From Hormiphora californensis (Eukaryota; Animalia; Ctenophora), in assembly GCA_020137815.1 (NCBI GenBank), contig CM035355.1:7378001-7442000 (forward strand): DNA of 64,000 bases. Reading direction: 5' to 3'. Both the position numbers and the translations under genes were made by a program. Every line of letters starts with the position of its first letter. The first letter of the stretch is position 1. This document shows positions 1 to 12,864 of this stretch, piece after piece. A model generated the notes under the pieces. It was given only the letters and a program-made list of their open reading frames with translations, was not told the DNA's origin and did not search any database.

Positions 1-116
1 AGAACATGCCTACAAAATTTCAGGTCGATATCTCAAACGATGTGGCCGCAATCGCTGCCTGAAATTTGCCCCCCCCCCCCCCCCCCCCCCCCGAAAATCT
101 TCTATTCTTCTGCTAT

Positions 117-311
117 ATAGGGCCGTCACTTTTTGGATTTGGTGCAGGGGCAAAAATTTTTTTTTTCGTTTTTTCTGTTTTCTTCGGGTCGGAGGTGCCT
201 GCCGGCACCTAAATAGGGCCGTCACTTTTTGGATTTGGTGCAGGGGCAAAAATTTTTTTTTTCGTTTTTTCTGTTTTCTTCGGGTCGGAGGTGCCTGCCG
301 GCACCTAAATA
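117..311. repeat. Tandem duplication, two 96-bp units, each starting with a TAGGG hAT-like terminus
   Basis: atagggccgtcacttt...gcacctaaat occurs at 117 and again at 213; explains the repeated peptide in ORF 10..324. Confidence 0.85.
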
Positions 312-899
312 TTTTAATGATCAATCATCACAATTAGAATTCATGGCAGCTGGTATTTTAGCCTGATTTAAGCCTGATTTGTAGTGTTAGTACACAATCA
401 TTGCCTAATTAACACGCTGATTCTATCTTGATGTGTAATTGGGATCATCACTGCTTTATTATTTTATTATCAACGTTTTTTTGACTGATGAATCATTTGA
501 ATGACAGGTCAATTTAAATTCTCGTAATTTGTATCTTGCGAAATTCTTTACACGTCAACTTTATATTCAAGTTTAATAATTATTACCATTACGTACCATG
601 TCTCCACAATAACGAAATTAGGCGGAATTAGATAACCACAAAATATGAAGTGTTCGTAGATGTATAATAATTGATTCAAGGAGTGGCAAAATTTACCGCC
701 TTGCATAATATCTTGGATCTAAATTTAGAATCATTTTTCGGTTGATTTATCTTTAAAAATGACCGTTTTAGGTAAATTTTCCTTTATTCTAGATTTTAGA
801 ATTCTACATTCTTTTCTCAAAGAAAAAATGTGCTGACGTTTTTCTCTGCTCACTTTTCTCACCTCCATTCCCCAATTTAAATAGCTCAGCACTGCCCAA

Positions 900-1710
900 T
901 AGGGTGTGCTATTTCAAATTTTTTTCGACTAGGCCATTCAGTATCTAGCTAATGTGAAACTATGGACAATTCTCTATCACATCAGCAAAACAGAATCGAG
1001 ATAGTGTTTGTCAGTTACGTTGGCATCGCGATTTAAAAAGTGTAGTTTTTAACCGAAAAATGGTAAAAACAGGGAAATATGTGTGGTTTTCACCAGTTTT
1101 TGACATGTTCTTGATATCAACTTTTTATGTTCAGGATCGTGTTCAGCACCTCGAAACTGACAAGAATTGATATGCATCATTAAATGATGCTAAAGTTCAT
1201 TTTTGACCTAAAAATGTTCATTTTTGACAAAAAATCTTCATTTTGGACATGTTCTTAAATTTTGAGAGCTTTTTCATGAACGGGATCGTGTTCCGCAGGC
1301 CAAAATTAGTCGATTACAACCGAAATTTGCTTTCCACCAAGAAAAAACTAAAAAAATTAAAATTCGTCCCCACGATTCTGCAAGTTGGTAAAATTAGCAA
1401 GAAAAAAAGAAAGAAAAATTTTTATTTTTGTTCATAAAGTGGATATCTGAAGACTCAAACTGAAAGTAACAGTTGTATAAGTTGTCACGAGACGATTTAT
1501 ATGTGTGTTTTGTTCGAAATCACGCCCTAAAACAGACTTTTTGAAATGAATATGCCCATATATGGGCATAGCTCGTGCCAACGTAATTGGGCCATGGTAG
1601 AGCCAAAACTTTGTGATAAAATGTTTTAGAATGATCGTAGGAGCTCATTTAACCCGATACCAAGTGAAATTTTGAATTAAATTAGGCATTTGAAAAAATA
1701 GCACACCCTA
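900..1710. mobile_element. Non-autonomous DNA transposon (MITE) with hAT-like TAGGG termini
   Basis: 15-bp TIR tagggtgtgctattt (900-914) / aaatagcacacccta (1696-1710); flanks cactgcccaa (890-899) and cagtgcccaa (1711-1720) match 9/10; no transposase ORF. Confidence 0.7.
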
Positions 1711-1779
1711 CAGTGCCCAACCCCGAATCAGACTTTTTTTCTCTACCATTTACGCCATTGCATTCAATTTCAATTGATT

Positions 1780-2990
1780 CTCGACCCCCTCGAGGGGCTC
1801 ACACTATTTTTCTTAACCAATTTTGTGACCCTTTTCTTGGGGGGGTAATTTTAAAACTATTTACTATTTAAATTTGATTGGGTTTTCTCCCGACTTCAAT
1901 GATTTACACTTTTACAGAAGCCCCCAAATTCAAATTTACCCTCGTTTTCTAATAAATGCATTTATAGATGAAGGGGGAGAAAAAAAGACAATTGTGGATT
2001 GATTTTCAACTGAGTAATTTCATTCTGTCGATAAAAAATATGTTTGGCAAAACACCCGGGGCAGGGGGAAAAAAAATTTTAATGTTTTTTGGTTTCATGA
2101 ATTATTTTGAAATGTGTGTCTGGGGTTGATGTATTGAACACGGGAAATTTCTTCCAAAACCAAACAGGTCTCCTTTACACTACTTTATAAAGGGGGGGCC
2201 CCCCCAAAATAACCCCAAAGGGAAACCCCCCCAAAACCGGGCCCCCCCCCCTTTTTTTTTGTCCTTCTCTCACCTCTCTTTCCTCCCCATTCTTTTATTC
2301 TCCTCTCTCCTCTTTTCTTTCCGCGGGGTTTCCTATCAACCCAAAAAAAGCATTAAAGCTTCATATCCCCCCTTTTTCCCCCTCAAACTTTTCCTCCACC
2401 TTTTTCAAAAAGGGGCCCCCCTTTTTCGTAAAGGGGTTTTGGGGGATGAGGGGGTCAAAAAAAAACCAAATGAAAAAAATAAATCAAAAGGTTTAAAAAA
2501 AACAGGGTTGTAGAGTGGGCAGGGAAAAATTTGGGTAAAAAAATGTGTAAGTTTTAAACGGGGAAAAATAATTTTTTAAAGTGAAAATACGTGTTATAAA
2601 TCCGACCGGGGTTCACGTTTTAAAAAATTCACAAATGAAAAATTGCTGGATCCATTGCCCCTTTTTAAGGTTGGGGGGCTTTTTTTTGGGTTTTTGTCCA
2701 AACTAATTTAATGTTTTATGATCGAACGGGAAATTTTTCACAAAAGTGGTCTCGGGGTTTGCATTTTCATTTTTCCCTGTTATGAAGCCAAAAGCTGCTT
2801 TAATAACATCTTGGAGATAGGGTTTTGGGTGCCACTTGGTATCCTAAACATTAACAGGGGCCTTGCCCTATCGTATAACAACCCGTCTGGTTAGATTTAA
2901 TTGAACAATTTTTGGTTTTCAGGGATTACCCACGACCCGAGCCCCCCAATTAGGGGTTGTGAGCCGTACCAACTAATCAGCGTAGAAAAA
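1780..2990. other. Homopolymer-garbled low-quality sequence (probable read/assembly artefact)
   Basis: Abrupt excess of A/T/G/C runs; ORFs are K/F/P/G-rich nonsense; boundaries approximate. Confidence 0.6.
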
Positions 2991-2999
2991 TTTTTATGT

Positions 3000-4261
3000 T
3001 CCTACAGTCATAACGCAACTAAAACGTAGAGCTATGGAAAAAATCATGGTATCAAAATGAACCTTAGACGATTCCAATGAAGCTCTCATAAATTTCAAAC
3101 CATTTTACCCATTTGTTGATGACATGTGATCCCCTCAAAAATGTTGGTTGAATTTCGTCTTTAGACAGTCATAAGACACTCTAAACATTGAGCTAGGACA
3201 AAAACCCAGGTACCAAAATGACCGCCAGACAATTTCCTACAACTCTTATGACACGGTGTCCCTTAAGGAGGTGAAACCTCGGCTAGATAAAGTATTTTGG
3301 AGACCGGACCTAGGTTACGTATTTTTGACCGAGGAATCCGAAAAACATAAAATTAAAATCGAAAACGTAGCGGTTTTTGCGTAAAACGGCAAAAACTGTC
3401 ATTTTTCAGCGATTTTCGACTTTTTACGCTTTCTAGAGATTTAAAAAATATTTCCTTTCAAGATATGATCTTGTGCTTCTAGACTAATAAAATACAATCG
3501 ATTTGCTACAAATTGGTCCCGGGTTTGTGTGATTTGGTCAAAAGGTCTCTTTACTGTGGCCCATCAAAGATGTATACTCTGCAAATACGTTTTTGGCTCC
3601 TGTGGCCACAGTTGTGGACCAAAAGAAGATTTATTATACACAAAAATTTGCGTCTTCTGAAGGCGAACAACCTGGTTTTTACGAAATTTGATTTCATGCA
3701 GGCGTTCAAAAATTACAGCCGAAAAACTGGTACAGTGGATTTCGGAAATACCCCTACTTCAACAAACCCTAATCCAGATAAGATTTCGAAAAATATACAT
3801 CTTCATACATGAAAATGAAGCTCAGACAAATGCCAACATGATGCAAAAAACGGGAAGTATGTACCTTATTTCGTTTAGAAGCTATAGCGAAAATAAAAGT
3901 GCTTGTATTTGCCTTGAAAACATCCTCCAAAATACTTTATCTAGCCGAGGTTTCACCTCCTTAAGGGACACCGTGATGAGGGATGCAATGTGATCCGAGC
4001 AACTTTGCATTTGTGAATTTTTCAAAACGTGAACCCCGGTCGGATTTCATGAACACGTATTTTTGACTTTAAGACGATATATCTGACGGTTGGTAAGACT
4101 TGGAACATCAATCTTGTACCCAAATATTCGCCTGACAATTCTCTACAACACTGTTTTTGGTTGAGCCGTTTTGACCTATTTTTCGATGAGTTATGAGCAT
4201 TTGAATGGAACCCACTCATCACCCAAAATCACAGGTCACGCAAAGACAGTGGGACACCCTG
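3000..4261. mobile_element. Remnant Tc1/mariner-type non-autonomous element, interrupted by the 3252-3975 insertion
   Basis: Right end ...gtgggacaccctg|TA at 4261-4263 is a typical CAGGGTGTCCC terminus; internal diverged repeats (acagtcataa...ggtatcaaaatga ~3004 and acagtcataa...ggtaccaaaatga ~3165); left end not found, probably lost in garbled sequence. Confidence 0.4.
3252..3975. mobile_element. Non-autonomous DNA transposon, Chapaev/CMC-like (CAC...GTG termini, 4-bp TSD)
   Basis: Perfect 51-bp TIR cacggtgtcccttaagg...tattttggag (3252-3302 / 3925-3975); ATGA directly flanks both ends (3248-3251, 3976-3979). Confidence 0.8.
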
Positions 4262-5588
4262 TACATTTAATATCAATTGCAAATCAATTAATTATCCCTA
4301 ATATTAACAGTATCGTTCCCTCTCCAGGCAGTGACGAAAGTAATTTGGTGAGACTTCGCCGGAACCTGGGTTCCTCTGACCCTAGCCTTTCAACTGCTGA
4401 TAAGGTGGGAATTCTCCCCGTCTCAACTCTCAATTCACCCTGTACTATCTCTCTCAGCCATCTTTCAATTTGGCTACCATACAAACGTTTTACAATGGCG
4501 CCATAACTCTCTGTCTATTTCTCTGTTTCACTACCTCTCTCTACTTCCTCTATCACAAAACTCTTCCGGTGTCTATTGACTATTGGCTATCCTTTTTCTC
4601 TCTCCCGTACTAGCCTTTTACCCATCTACATTCTCAGCATTTTGGGCTCATTTTCTCGCCCTTCTTACCGCAAAAGCACACATATTTCCACGCCTTGGTT
4701 TCACACCTCTCCCAGTTCTCAAAAACATATTTCCTTTTTCAGAGCGGAGAAAACTTCGAATATCAATCGTGAGTACACTGTCATCTCTCCCTTTGCCCTC
4801 TGCCCTTTTTGTCCCTCACTATATGGCTCCTTTATAGCAGGGAAATGATCTCGTTAACTGTGCACAAAGAGACGATTTATCGGCCGCTACCATCGGCTTC
4901 TATTCAGCTCTACACCCGCCATGTGATAGCGGCCTGAGACGGGGGTTTTAGCACCTTCATAGACGTAGCGCGCGATAGCTCCATTCTGTCTAGAGATGCG
5001 CTCATTTGTGTTTGCGCGCGCGTTCTCATTCCACCTCGTTTTCTCTTCACTTCTCTCTCCCTCGGCCTCTCGTGAAGTGTGAAGCCGTCACTTCACCCAC
5101 AACATCGTGCCCTCTTCCGGTCCGGACCAATTAAAATTCCTTTCCCTGACGTTAGTTGAACAAGCTATAAACTATTCGCATTTTATCGGGAATTAACGCA
5201 TCTCTCTCTCCTTTTAGGTATCGGAAGAGTAGGGGGCATAGACGGGCAACAGAGTATCGACTATCTAGCGGGGACTTCAGTCCCACCCATTCACCCTGCC
5301 CCTCTCCCAGGGCACTCTCGCCTAACCGGCCTACCATCCTACCCCCTCATTTATACAACACACGAAGGTAAGAGAGATAGGAGCAATCATTTCCTGGTGC
5401 CCGGCTGTGTGTGTGTGAGAGAAAGAGAGGGAGAGAGAGAGAGAGAAAGATAGAAAAGGAGAGATAAGGAGAGATGGAGAGAGAACACATAGCGTGGTGT
5501 ATGGTGTACTGGTTCGCTCGTTAGAGGCTAACGGCAGCTCACATTTACTTGCTTCATTATAGGCTACTACTGCAACCCCTCAGCTTAA

Positions 5589-5653
<65 letters not shown>

Positions 5654-6295
5654 CCTCTCTCTCTCTCATTTCTGAAGATAAGGAGTGTAAATTATTATGG
5701 TCATTCGTCACTGACCTCTTGTCATTATTTTTACTTTTCTCGGGAGAGGGGCTTTTCTCCCTCTCTTGCTATCTGTTTGTATCACCTCTCGCTCCCTGCT
5801 TTCCCAGACAACATCTTTAGCTGCCGATAACTTATTAGGGCAGATAATATTTTATATTGTAAAGTCTTTATAAAACTATCGCTGCATTTTATTAGTTCTT
5901 TCTTTTCGCTAAAATATTATGCTTTCACTAGTTATCGTTTATGCCATTAGCCATAAATTATGGATCATACCTCATAACATATTGTAATGGTATGAAATTG
6001 TTTCGTATGTTATTTTTGCCATCCAGTGTGAAAGCAAAAGCCGAAAAACATAGTGATCGCCTCACTAATCGCCTGGGTGGAGGAGGAAAAGGGAAGAATT
6101 ATGGCATGTCTCTTTCTCTTTTTGGGCGGGGAGGTTTGCTCTAAGGGCATGGAAGATAGGCGATGGGTGGAACACACTTATAATCGAGGTAGTGGAGGCG
6201 AGAGATGAGAGAGAGAGAGAGAGAGAGTAGAGAAGAGAGAGAGAGAGAGAGAGAGGAGACGAGAAGCGAGAGAGAGAAGAGAGAGAGATAGAAGG

Positions 6296-6335
<40 letters not shown>

Positions 6336-6630
6336 ATCTATCTCCATCTCCCTTTCTTATACATATATTTTACGAAAGATAACCATTTTAATTCCCCCTT
6401 GAACCCCTCTTGATGTGGCCCACTCGGCACTCTACCTCAAGTCTCCACTGTCTCAAAGGCCTTGCAAATATGATACAGCGAAGTCATGTGTATGGCCATT
6501 GGCCATTAGTGTACTTTAATTGTTTCTCCTTATCTCGATTATAAAGCTCCGTCTGGCGCTCTTAGCCGTTTCCTTTAGAAGAGTCTCTGAATCATAATCA
6601 TGATAATGTTGTTCGTGTTCATATAAAGTA

Positions 6631-6801
6631 CAGTCGGACCCCGATTTAGGGGCCCCCGATTTAGTGGCACCCCGATTTAGGGACAGGATTTTTTCCCCCG
6701 ATATAGGAAATTAACCTTATTTGACCCCGATTTAGTGGACACCCCGATTTAGTGGACAAGAGCCTTTCCCCCGAGGGTGTCCCTAAATCGGGGTCCGACT
6801 G
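6631..6801. mobile_element. 171-bp pogo/Tc1-mariner-type MITE
   Basis: TA|cagtcggaccccgatttaggg ... ccctaaatcggggtccgactg|TA; internal reiterated cccgatttag motifs; same family as 10165-12033. Confidence 0.9.
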
Positions 6802-6847
6802 TATCAGCTATATTTCCGGGGTATTTATAAAGCCTTTGGTTATGATA

Positions 6848-7603
6848 ACGGGTGACAACTAAAAATTGTTACTAATTTAAAACAGCTGTAGAATTTTTCC
6901 CTTTTGAGATACAGCTTCGGGCCAGTGATAGAACGATTTTTCAGACAATTTTGAATCAGGATAACATAACGGCGATGACTAAAACGTTCATTCTCATAGC
7001 GATATCGGATCATTTCCTCTTGCCCCACCAAAGCATATAGTACGGAGATTTGAAATTTCTATGTTATCAGAAATGACCTTCCCGATGAGATAGAATTCTC
7101 ATAATTGGAAGTCGGGTTGTTCATGCCATAACCAACATGACTGCCAAGTTTGAAGATTTTTGCTCATTGGGAAGTTGGGTTTCGACGGTCATTAATGTTT
7201 CGAGAGATGTCGAAATGGCGATTTCTCAAATTACCTGTAAACAACGCTTTGTTACAGAAGATTCTGATCAGGAAATTGAGATTTATGAAGTTTGAAGCAA
7301 TGTTCATTTCGTTCAAAATTGTCTGAAAAATCATTCTATCACTGTCCCGAAGCTGTATTTCGACTAGAACAGGCGCTAGAGGTGCTAGAAAAACGTGTAG
7401 ATTTCACGGACTATATGCTTTGGTGGGGCAAGAGGAAATGATCCGATATCGCTATGAGAATGAACGTTTTAGTCATCGCCGTTATGTTATCCTGATTCAA
7501 AATTGTCTGAAAAATCGTTCTATCACTGGCCCGAAGCTGTATCTCAAAAGGGAAAAATTCTACAGCTGTTTTAAATTAGTAACAATTTTTAGTTGTCACC
7601 CGT
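6848..7603. mobile_element. MITE with ~193-bp TIRs and TA TSD (Tc1/mariner-type)
   Basis: 6848-7040 is the reverse complement of 7411-7603 (mirror ORFs 6840..7031- and 7420..7614+); TA at 6846-6847 and 7604-7605; third partial copy of a TIR sub-repeat near 7312-7358. Confidence 0.85.
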
Positions 7604-7912
7604 TACTATCCTGATATTTAATTTTGCAGTAGCTCAAGCTAGGGTGCGGCTATTAAATAGCATAGGGCGTTTCAATAATTAGTTAATAGCCATGTATCTG
7701 GAAATGTTGGTTTCTTTGTTATAGACACAGTCATTAATATTTCTCCTCTCTCACACACACTCATGTTGCCCTTTGTTTTCATTGCCTTTTATTGAATGTT
7801 CCTTCTCATTGTTCAATATTTATCATATTTCTACTTAATCTACTGTATAATACTTCTCAAAATAAAGTGGCTTAATAAAAGTCAGATCCACCACGGCTGT
7901 CTTATAAGACAT

Positions 7913-7999
7913 ATAGAGTGAATAATCGTGGTTTGACCAATACCCTCTTTCAATATAAATATTGAAAGAGGGTATTGGTCAAACCACGATTCACTCTAT
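7913..7999. repeat. Short near-perfect palindrome (probable collapsed MITE)
   Basis: aatcgtggtttgaccaataccctctttcaatat-aa-atattgaaagagggtattggtcaaaccacgatt, extended by atagagtg/cactctat. Confidence 0.85.
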
Positions 8000-8819
8000 G
8001 AACAGCGCGGTAGTAGATGTGTATAGGATTGATTGTGTGTTCACTTCATTATACACTAAGTATCATACATCTGTTCGAGATTGATATGTGACCTCTCTTC
8101 ATTGCATAGATAACCAATGTTTTAGTTCCGCTTTAGAAAATGGTGCTCTCTCTCTCTCTCTCTCTCCTTTTCTCTCTCTCTCTCTCTCTATATCTTTCTT
8201 TCTCTTTCTCTCCCCCTCTTTCTCTTATCCCTTTCGGGCACAAGCTATACAAACGAGCTTTTCTTTAATCTCATTCAATCTTCAAGTTCTTCATTCCCAA
8301 GAGCTCTTCCCGAGAAGAAGAGAGTATTTAAAAGAGCTCGTATTATATCGTTCTTTGCCTCTTTTCCCTACGAACAGTAAGCAGTCCGAGCTCTTTGATG
8401 GTCCTAATTGTGGGTTCGTGTGGTGCACGTGATATGCTCAGAGAGAAGGAGAGAGAGATGGAAGGATAGACAGAGAGAGGGAGAGAGAGATGGACGGATA
8501 GACAGAGAGAAGGAGAAGAGAGTAAGCAAGAGAGAGACTTGAGAAAGGGCGACATAGAGAGATGGAAGGAGAGAGAGAGGGAGAGACTTGCGAGTGGGAG
8601 ACATATAGAGAGATGGAAGGAGAGAGAGAGGGAGACATAAAGAGAGAGAAAGAAAAAGGCCTCTCTTCATTTCTGTAGTATTCCGGAAGACTACATAACC
8701 CAGCAAAAGCTGCCGCTGTGTATTGCATATAACGAAATATAGCTTGAACCACATTGACTGCACTGACTCAGTACATCTCTACAGCTTGTTAGTTGTCTCT
8801 AACGTCGTTTTTACTTTGC

Positions 8820-8852
8820 CTCTCTCTCTTTCTCTATCTCACTCTCTCTCTC

Positions 8853-8937
<85 letters not shown>
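8820..8937. repeat. (CT)n microsatellite (representative of many in the window)
   Basis: Direct inspection. Confidence 0.95.
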
Positions 8938-8938
<1 letters not shown>

Positions 8939-10643
8939 ACTTTCATTTTCCTTACACTACCACATGTGCTGTCTCGAACACTCAGCGCACGTGCTATGTA
9001 TGTCCAGTTTACACTACTTTACTGCCAAAAGCAAGTCTGTTGTGTGAGAAATGTTTGCGATCAGATGTGCGAGATCAGATGTGTGTGAGAGAGATGTTGT
9101 GTTTGTGGCTTGAGAGCATGCAATATAATAGTTATTTCTCTCTCATTCTCACACACAATCATTCTCTCGCTTCCTTTTCATAATGTGCCAATTAGGATGT
9201 GTGTACACACACCTTTCAACCAGGCTTTTTTGCTTTCAGAATATGCGTTCCTTTTCCAACTATCTTTGGTCCTATATAATGGAAATACTCTCTCGCTCTC
9301 TCTCTACTTTTCCCTCCGATTGCATTCCAGTTGTTTTGTTTCCCATGCATGTGTCACCTCACACTGTCTGAGCATTTGTAGGATGCATTTAGAATTTTAG
9401 AAGCGTTGCATTTCATCGCTGTGTACCCATTAACTAGACCTCAATCCCACCTTTTAGATACTCCTTTATAAAATATTTTATCTCCTGAGTTGATACAACT
9501 ATTTTAACGGGATCTTTTACTATCCCTCCACGGCGATCCTTTCGGGCGTGTCCCGCTAAAAGCTTTTCCAAAGCTCTTTGATTTGTTTTTCACGTTTTCT
9601 CTATTTTAAATTTGATGGCCCTCGTGTGCATTTTTTTTCATTTAAAATTTGCAAATCTCAATTCTGTTCCTGGCCCAATGATTCTTTAACAGCTCCCCCT
9701 CCCCTCGAATATATTACATGTCTCGCCCCACACTGTGTCGACTGTCATTTTATGGCTCCGAAGATTGCAATGTGTCAAAATTAATTCATACGAGATGCCA
9801 ATGGAATATATATAGAGAATTATTAGTGCGTGTCATATTTTATAATGCTTGAGTCATGGTGACGTACTAATTTCTGTTCCTACACACATTTATTTTCCAA
9901 AACCCCTTCCCTCTCTCTCCAACACCTCTCTCGGAAATATTTTATGTAATATATATTATTCCTTGTAATGCTGGGGTATATTTCTGATAGGGTGATGACT
10001 GTTTGGAAGTATTAGTGAGAGAGCTCTTTATTAAAACAAACAATCCAAAGAGGCTGCATATGATATGTTGTTTATATTTTGCCAGAAGACAACATGTGTT
10101 TGTGATTGTGGTGATGTGGGGTTGGAGTGTTTTGCTCTGTGCGATAGTGCCACCGGTGTTACTACAGTCGGACCCCGATTTAGGGACCCCCGATTTAGGG
10201 ACACCCCGATTTAGGGACAGGATTTTTTCCCCCAAAAATTTTTGAATTTTTTTTGGGAAATTTTTTGTGAAATTTTTCAAAAAGATTCCAGCCATGTCCG
10301 AATCGTGTTTCGAATCGGTGCATCTTATCGCATGTCCTTCTGCTAATTAGACGGTTCGGAACGAACCGACACGTGATCCCCATGGTGCCCATTGAATCAC
10401 AAGTTCACCAAGGTCCAAGCGTCAAAATTTCGATTCGATGGGGATCACGTTTCGATTCGTTCCGTCTAATTAGCAGCAGGACATGCGATAAGATGCACCG
10501 ATTCGAAACACGATTCGGACGTGGTTGGTATACCTTTAAAAAATTTTATAACTTTTTTGCAAAATTTTACAGTACGATTGTCAATGCTTTGATCGGTGCT
10601 CCCCATAAATTTTAAGAGAAAAAGTTATTTTGAAATTTTGATA

Positions 10644-11531
10644 CAGTCGGACCCCGATTTAGGGACACCCTCGGGGGAAAGGGTCTTGTCCACTAAATCG
10701 GGGTGTCCACTAAATCGGGGTGAGCCATATTTGGCCCATAAAAACCTATTTTATGCCCAAAATGCTATATTATTAAGACTAAAGACACCTCTAACTGTTA
10801 TATGCAATATTCATGTATTGATGACATCATCATTTCTGATTAGAAATAGAAAAATACAAAATAGTTTTTTTTCAAAAAAATGTGAAAAATTTTCTAAGTT
10901 ATACCAGCCCGTCCGATTTGTGTTTCGAATCGGTGCAGCTTACTGGATGTCCTGTCTAATTAGTGGATTCCAAACGAACCGATACGTGATACCATGACCA
11001 TGCCGAATCGGGGCACCCTAAGCGGGTGAGGAAGTATCAAAATTTCAAAATAACTTTTTCTTTCAAAATTTATGGGGAGCACCGATCAAAGCATTGACAA
11101 TCGTACTGTAAAATTTTGCAAAAATATTTTAAAATTTTTTAAAGGTATGCCAGCCACGTCCGAATCGCGTATCGAATCGGTGCATCTTATCGCATCTCCT
11201 GCTGCTAATTAGACGGTTCGGAACGAATCGAAACGTGATCCCCATCGAATCGAAATTTTGACGCTTGGTGAACTTGTGATTCAATGGCCCCATGTGGATC
11301 ACGTATCAGTTCGTTCCGAAGCGACAACCGTCTAATTAGCAGCAGGACATGCGATAAGATTCACTGATTCGAAACACGATTCGGACGTGGCTGGTATCTT
11401 TTTGAAAAATTTTCAAAAAAAATTCACAAAAAATTTCACAAAAAAAATTCAAAAAATTTTTGGGGGGAAAAAATCCTGTCCCTAAATCGGGGTGCCCCTA
11501 AATCGGGGGCCCCTAAATCGGGGTCCGACTG
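10644..11531 (-). mobile_element. Second copy of the same element inserted in opposite orientation inside the outer copy
   Basis: TIRs at 10644 and 11531 flanked by TA (10642-43, 11532-33); sequence is the reverse complement of the outer copy's two halves joined at TA 11035-36. Confidence 0.85.
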
Positions 11532-11666
11532 TACTTCCTCACCCGCTTAGGGTGCCCCGATTCGGTATGGTATCACGTATCGGTTCGTTTTGAACCCGCT
11601 AATTAGACAGGATATCCAGTAAGTTGCACCGATTCGAAATACAAACCGGACGGGCTGGTATAACTT

Positions 11667-11776
11667 CTTTTTTTTGGGGGGGGGGGGGGGGTTGGCGGCC
11701 AACATCGGCCTGAATATAAATAGGTGTAGACACTTAACAATGATAAAAACTGTAATAAATTAAACTAAATATAAAA
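11667..11776 (-). mobile_element. 110-bp insertion with 11-bp TSD, probably a truncated retroposed fragment
   Basis: tggtataactt duplicated at 11656-11666 and 11777-11787; insert begins with a T-run then a G-run; absent from the homologous position of the inner copy (~10897-10907). Confidence 0.65.
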
Positions 11777-12864
11777 TGGTATAACTTAGAAAATTTTCCA
11801 CTTTTTTTGAAAAAGAATAATTTTATATTTTTCTTTTTCTAATCAGAAATGATCATGTCATCAACACATGAATATTGCATATAACAGTTAGAGGTGTCTT
11901 TAGTCTTAATAATATAGCATTTTGGGCAATAAAATATTTGGGTCAAATATGGCTCACCCCGATTTAGTGGACACCCCGATTTAGTGGACAAGACCCTTTC
12001 CCCCGAGGGTGTCCCTAAATCGGGGTCCGACTGTACCATTCTTTTTTGGGGTACATTTTACTTGGAATTCGAAATTGTAAAATATCTTGCCTCGTAGAAT
12101 AAGATATTTGGTAGCTGACGATATATGAGATATGAGATATTTTCAGTCACCAATTATATCTTACAACCACGCCTTGCCATTTTCAATATCACTTAGCCTC
12201 TCCCTGCAGCTCCCATTCAACTTGATACTGAGTAATAATAGCGAATTGTCTACTGTAGTCGTATCAATATTGTCTCCCTAATTTAGCACATGGGGGAGCA
12301 CATGCACCCACACCCTGTATAGTGACGCTTTGGTATAATTCCTTTCATCAACCCTCCCCTCCCCCTCTCTTATATCTTTCCCTCTCTTTCTCTCTCTTCC
12401 TCACTTCCCTCTCTCTCCGTATCTCTATACCACGTGTAGCGGACTTGCTCCGAATAGCTTGATTTATTGGCCAGTATATCCCACATAGCGAATATATACC
12501 ACTCGATAGAGGTCAAGATATATAGAGTTGTCTATTAGTAGATTGCTATGCAAATCCGCAGAGAGCTCTGGTACTGATAGGATATTCCTCTTGATGTAAA
12601 CAGTATATAGATGTAGTCCCGATATAGCATTCAGTGAAAGTTAGGACTCGTATCTAGAGTCTGAATATATAACTCCAGACTATTACTATGAGTTTGTTCA
12701 GTGCGTGAGTTTATACTACTGTTATTAAATTCCTATCATATTGTTCTCTCCCGTGTTCTCTCCGTGATATAATTTTAATGGAGCTAACTACTCTTAGTAC
12801 GAGTTTATTACTGGGGGGGGCGATTATTGCCTAAATTTTATTCCGAACACCATCCTATAGTTAA

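Larger units (their letters stand above)
10165..12033. mobile_element. Long member of the CAGTCGGACCCCGATTTA pogo/Tc1-type family (outer copy)
   Basis: TA|cagtcggaccccgatttaggg at 10165 and ccctaaatcggggtccgactg|TA at 12033; ends match the left and right ends of MITE 6631-6801. Confidence 0.85.

Noticed and set aside
4284-5345. Degenerate purine-rich minus-strand frame, possible retroelement gag/ORF1 relic
   Set aside because: Multiple stops and no recognisable domain, LTR pair or primer-binding site
6840-7614. Two identical ORFs on opposite strands (also 25066-25375 and 16473/17612)
   Set aside because: Consequence of transposon inverted repeats, not duplicated genes
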